A stretch of 61,942 bases of DNA, filler included, from Candidatus Zapsychrus exili (GTDB lineage: Bacteria; Omnitrophota; Gorgyraeia; Zapsychrales; Zapsychraceae), in the NCBI GenBank assembly GCA_030765585.1. It is 3 parts of 3 records of this genome, joined end to end, with 100 filler letters (N's around TTAATTAATTAA, not from the genome) between each part and the next. Parts side by side here need not be neighbours in the genome. Positions count along the whole stretch, not along the records: positions 47,949 to 61,942 come from JAVCCJ010000075.1; 2 more parts are not named here. The stretch is one strand, 5' to 3'. Each line of letters starts with the position of its first letter. Positions within the stretch are counted from its first letter, which is position 1. Positions 58,442 through 61,942 of the stretch are shown here, piece by piece. Under the pieces are notes generated by a model. It made no database searches, was not told the origin of the DNA, and was given only the letters and a program-made list of their open reading frames with translations. The translations under genes and the position numbers were made by a program.

Positions 58442-60904
58442 ATGCCTTATACTATAAAAGAAATACAAAAAATAGAAGAGAAATGGCAAAATATTTGGAA
58501 AGATAAAGAGATCTTTAAGGTCGACGAAATTTTAGATAAGCCAAAATATTATTGTTTAGAAATGTTTCCATATCCTTCAGGTAAAATTCATATGGGCCAT
58601 GTAAGGAACTATACTATTGCTGATGTTATTTCTCGTTTTAAAATGGCACAAGGTTTTAATGTCCTTCATCCAATGGGATATGATGCCTTTGGACAGCCTG
58701 CCGAGAACGCTGCTATAAAACACAATACTGATCCATCTGAATGGACAGAGACTTGTATAGATCAGATGAGAGAAGGCTTAAAGCGTATGGGATTTTCGTA
58801 TGATTGGAATCGTGAAATTAAAACATGTGATAAAGATTATTATAAATGGAATCAGTGGATTTTTATAAAGATGTTTGAGCGTGGTCTTGCATATAAAAAG
58901 TCTTCTTCTGTTAATTGGTGCTCTAGCTGTGAAACTACTTTGGCAAATGAAGAAGTTATAAATGGAGGTTGTTGGAGATGTAAGACGGATGTTTTGCAAA
59001 AAGACCTAGATCAATGGTATTTAAAAATTACTGATTATTCAGAAAAGCTATTGGAAGATCTTAAAATGCTTGAGCATTGGCCAGATAGAGTTGTTTCTAT
59101 GCAGGAAAACTGGATAGGCAAAAGCCATGGCGTTGAAATATATTTTAAAGTCAAAGAGACTAATGATCCAATACCAGTCTTTACTACCAGAGCAGACACT
59201 ATTTTTGGAGCAACATATGTTGTGCTTGCACCAGAACATCATCTAGTTGACAAGTTGATCAAAGGAATAGATAACGAAGGAGCCATTAGAAAGTTTATAG
59301 ATAGAGTAGCTAATCAAAGTAAAAGTCTTAGAATGTCAGGAGATCTTAAGAAAGAAGGAATGTTTACTGGCAAATATGCTATTAATCCAGCAAATGATGA
59401 GGTTGTTCCTATTTGGATAGCTGACTATGTTTTGATGGAATATGGAACTGGCGCTATTATGGCTGTTCCTACTCATGATCAAAGAGACTTCTTGTTTGCA
59501 AAAGAGTATGATCTGCCTAAAAGAATTGTTATTAAAGATTCTAAACACCCTGATATGAAGCAAGAGAGTATGAGTTGTGCTTATGAAGGCGAAGGCGTTT
59601 TAGTTGACTCAAAAGAATTCGATGGACTAGGCAATGTTGAGGCGATTGAGAAAATAGGTAAGTGGTTTGAAAAGAATAAAAAAGGAAAAATAACTGTTCA
59701 CTGGCGATTGCGTGATTGGCTGATTTCTCGTCAGAGATATTGGGGAACTCCAATACCTATGATTTATTGTGATACATGCGGTATAGTTCCTGTGCCAGAA
59801 GATAAACTTCCTGTTGAGTTGCCAAAAGACATTAAAATAACTGGAGAAGGTGGAAGTCCTCTAGAGAAATCTGAAGATTTTGTAAAAGTAAAATGTCCTA
59901 AATGTTCAAAAGATGCTAAGAGAGAGACTGATACAATGGCAACATTTTTTGATTCTTCTTGGTATTATTTAAGATATTGTTCGCCAAAAAGCGATAAAGT
60001 GTTTGATTGTGATGCTGCTCAATATTGGATGCCAGTTGATCAGTACATAGGAGGCATTGAACACGCTATTCTACATCTTCTTTATTCACGTTTTTTCACA
60101 AAGTTTTTAAAAGATTTAAAGCTAATTGATTTTGATGAGCCGTTTATTAAGCTTTTAACGCAAGGCATGGTGCTAAAAGATGGTGAGGTTATGTCTAAAT
60201 CTAGAGGGAATACTGTAGATCCTGACGCTGTTATTAGCAAATATGGTACAGATTCGCTTCGTCTAGCTATACTTTTTGCAGCTCCACCTGAAGATCAGCT
60301 TGAATGGAATGATAATGCTGTTGATGGTGCATGGAAATTTTTAAATCGTATTAATAGACTTTTTGAAGATAGATATGATTCAGATTCTTCAGGTAAAACT
60401 GAAATGGACAAAGAAGATAAAGATTTGAATTTTGCGTTGCACGAGACTATTAGAAAAGTAACTGAGGATATCTCTAATCATAAATTTAATACGGCAATTA
60501 GTAGTATAATGATTTTAATGAATACTGTTGATAAATATAATAAATATGCAGATCCGAATAAAGAGCTTCTGGACAATGTTGTTAAAAACATTGTTTTAAT
60601 GCTGTCTCCAATTACTCCACATCTTTGTGAAGAGCTTTGGCAAAAGATGAATATGCCAGAGGAGACAATTACAAAAGCGCAATGGCCGAAATATGACGAG
60701 GCTGCGCTTGTTACAGATTCAGTTAAGATTATTGCACAAGTCAATGGTAAGCTAAGAGATAGGTTTGATATAGATTTTGATGCAAAAGAAGAAGATGTGA
60801 AAAAGATAGTTTTAGATAACGAGAATATAAGAAAATGGATAGAAGGTAAATCTATAAAGAAATTTATTTATATTCCAAATAAGTTAGTGAATATTGTAGT
60901 TTAA
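58442..60904 (+). CDS. leuS: Leucyl-tRNA synthetase
   Basis: MFPYPSGKIHMGH, GTGAIMAVP, DWLISRQRYWG, MSKSRGN, QVNGKLR. Confidence 0.98.
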   Translation: MPYTIKEIQKIEEKWQNIWKDKEIFKVDEILDKPKYYCLEMFPYPSGKIHMGHVRNYTIADVISRFKMAQGFNVLHPMGYDAFGQPAENAAIKHNTDPSEWTETCIDQMREGLKRMGFSYDWNREIKTCDKDYYKWNQWIFIKMFERGLAYKKSSSVNWCSSCETTLANEEVINGGCWRCKTDVLQKDLDQWYLKITDYSEKLLEDLKMLEHWPDRVVSMQENWIGKSHGVEIYFKVKETNDPIPVFTTRADTIFGATYVVLAPEHHLVDKLIKGIDNEGAIRKFIDRVANQSKSLRMSGDLKKEGMFTGKYAINPANDEVVPIWIADYVLMEYGTGAIMAVPTHDQRDFLFAKEYDLPKRIVIKDSKHPDMKQESMSCAYEGEGVLVDSKEFDGLGNVEAIEKIGKWFEKNKKGKITVHWRLRDWLISRQRYWGTPIPMIYCDTCGIVPVPEDKLPVELPKDIKITGEGGSPLEKSEDFVKVKCPKCSKDAKRETDTMATFFDSSWYYLRYCSPKSDKVFDCDAAQYWMPVDQYIGGIEHAILHLLYSRFFTKFLKDLKLIDFDEPFIKLLTQGMVLKDGEVMSKSRGNTVDPDAVISKYGTDSLRLAILFAAPPEDQLEWNDNAVDGAWKFLNRINRLFEDRYDSDSSGKTEMDKEDKDLNFALHETIRKVTEDISNHKFNTAISSIMILMNTVDKYNKYADPNKELLDNVVKNIVLMLSPITPHLCEELWQKMNMPEETITKAQWPKYDEAALVTDSVKIIAQVNGKLRDRFDIDFDAKEEDVKKIVLDNENIRKWIEGKSIKKFIYIPNKLVNIVV

Positions 60905-60963
60905 TTTAAACAGACATTATCCCTACCCCAGAAGTTCGCTCGATTTCCCCACAATATTATAAA

Positions 60964-61305
60964 ATGCTTAATTTTACAAAACAGGAGAGGGTTGTTTTAG
61001 TTTTGCTTGTTACAATTGCTCTTTGTGGCTCTATCTTTAACTATGTATTTAAAAGATATCCAGAACTAAAAGATATAGTAAATTTTGCAGATAGCAGTGA
61101 TATATATCCAAAAGTAGATATAAATACTGCAAGCGTAGAGGATTTTGTTGTTATTCCCTACATAGGAGAATATACGGCAAAAAACATTGTTGAATATCGA
61201 CGAAGATATGGGATTTTTAATTCAATAGAACAGTTAAAGCAAGTTCGCGGAATAAGGGAAAAGAATTATAATATTTTTTCTAAATATTTAAGGATTAAAC
61301 AGTAA
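60964..61305 (+). CDS. comEA: ComEA-like helix-hairpin-helix DNA-binding protein
   Basis: TM anchor, VDINTAS...IPYIG...A..IV.YR...G.F.S..L..V.GI. Confidence 0.85.
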   Translation: MLNFTKQERVVLVLLVTIALCGSIFNYVFKRYPELKDIVNFADSSDIYPKVDINTASVEDFVVIPYIGEYTAKNIVEYRRRYGIFNSIEQLKQVRGIREKNYNIFSKYLRIKQ

Positions 61306-61942
61306 ATGACAACGAAAGTTCACAGGCCTTTTATTTTTATTGTTTTGTTTTATGCATCAGGAATTTTGTTTAGTTCTTTCTTCGAGTTTCCTTTTAAGTA
61401 TATTTGCCTATTAGCCCTTTCTTTGCTTTGTATTGTTATTGTATTTATTAAGAAAAACTTTATTAAAAATATTTTTATCTTGTTTATTATCTTCTTCGCG
61501 GGCTCTTTGTCTGTTCAAAGCAGATTGCTTATAGAGAAAGATCATATTCTCCATATAAGAAAGTTTTATCGAAAACAGCCTATTGGAATAAAAGGGGTCG
61601 TTGTATCTGATGTTAAGAAAACCACATTGTATAATCGCCACAAGACTTCCTTTGCCTTTAAAGTAGAAGCAGTAAATACAAAGTGGGGTCTAAAAGAGAA
61701 ACAAGGAAAGATTTTAGTTAATATTTTTAATGATATTGATATTTGTTATGGAGATTATTTATATTTAGAAGGGAAATTGCACTATCCGTATAATTTTTCT
61801 AACGATAAGAGATCTTTTTATAAAGACTATTTGTCTCGTCGTGATATGCATCTTATTTTAAGTGTTAAAAAGAATTCTTTGATAAAGGTATGAGAGCATA
61901 ATAAAGCAAATCCTATAAGGAGAGGATCACTTAATTTAAGAA
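61306..61942 (+). CDS. comEC: ComEC/Rec2 N-terminal region (DUF4131-like), with in-frame TGA at 61891-61893; 3'-partial
   Basis: TM hairpin plus OB-like domain (YGD.L.LEGKL..P.N...Y..YL) directly after comEA; frame stays open past the TGA to the window end. Confidence 0.7.

Noticed and set aside
60919..60953. C-rich patch between leuS and comEA
   Set aside because: No convincing stem, repeat or recognisable motif found.
30423..61893. Stop-codon reassignment or selenocysteine suggested by in-frame TGAs at 30423 and 61891
   Set aside because: TGA is a genuine stop in pilM, proA, plsC, rplA and thiG; long conserved genes contain no internal TGA; tRNA-Trp has a normal CCA anticodon; neither site looks like a catalytic Cys position.

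Overview
AT-rich bacterial draft sequence. Gene content and style suggest Candidatus Omnitrophota (PVC superphylum); this is an inference. The window is three contigs joined by artificial 100-bp linkers (44 N + TTAATTAATTAA + 44 N at 27934-28033 and 47849-47948), so adjacency across linkers is not biological. Contig 1 (1-27933, all + strand) carries pilMNOPQ, an RNase E/G, rplU-obgE (no rpmA between them), proBA, nadD, a phosphohexomutase, plsC, rpsA, tyrS, tRNA-Thr, rpmG, tRNA-Trp, secE-nusG-rplKAJL-rpoBC-rpsL-rpsG and the start of fusA. Contig 2 (28034-47848, all - strand) carries an ExeA-like ATPase and a glycosyltransferase/methyltransferase/S41-protease cluster with three independent reading-frame lesions. 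It also carries the gcvT-H-PA-PB plus lipoate-ligase operon, a B12-radical-SAM/GT-C-like pair, a tRNA-Arg(UCG) locus, xseAB and a TPR membrane protein. Contig 3 (47949-61942) carries a coiled-coil protein and LacI regulator, a probable IS481-like remnant, mnmG, a VTT protein, a thiS-G-H-hpf-thiF-ankyrin operon, speD, leuS and comEA-comEC. The most unusual signal is the tRNA-Arg locus. An intact tRNA-Arg sits inside the D-loop of a second, split tRNA-Arg gene, flanked by an 8-bp duplication. The outer gene is additionally interrupted by three 20-21-bp palindromes. Several other families of short palindromic or heptamer hairpin elements occupy intergenic spacers. No CRISPR array or rRNA was seen.
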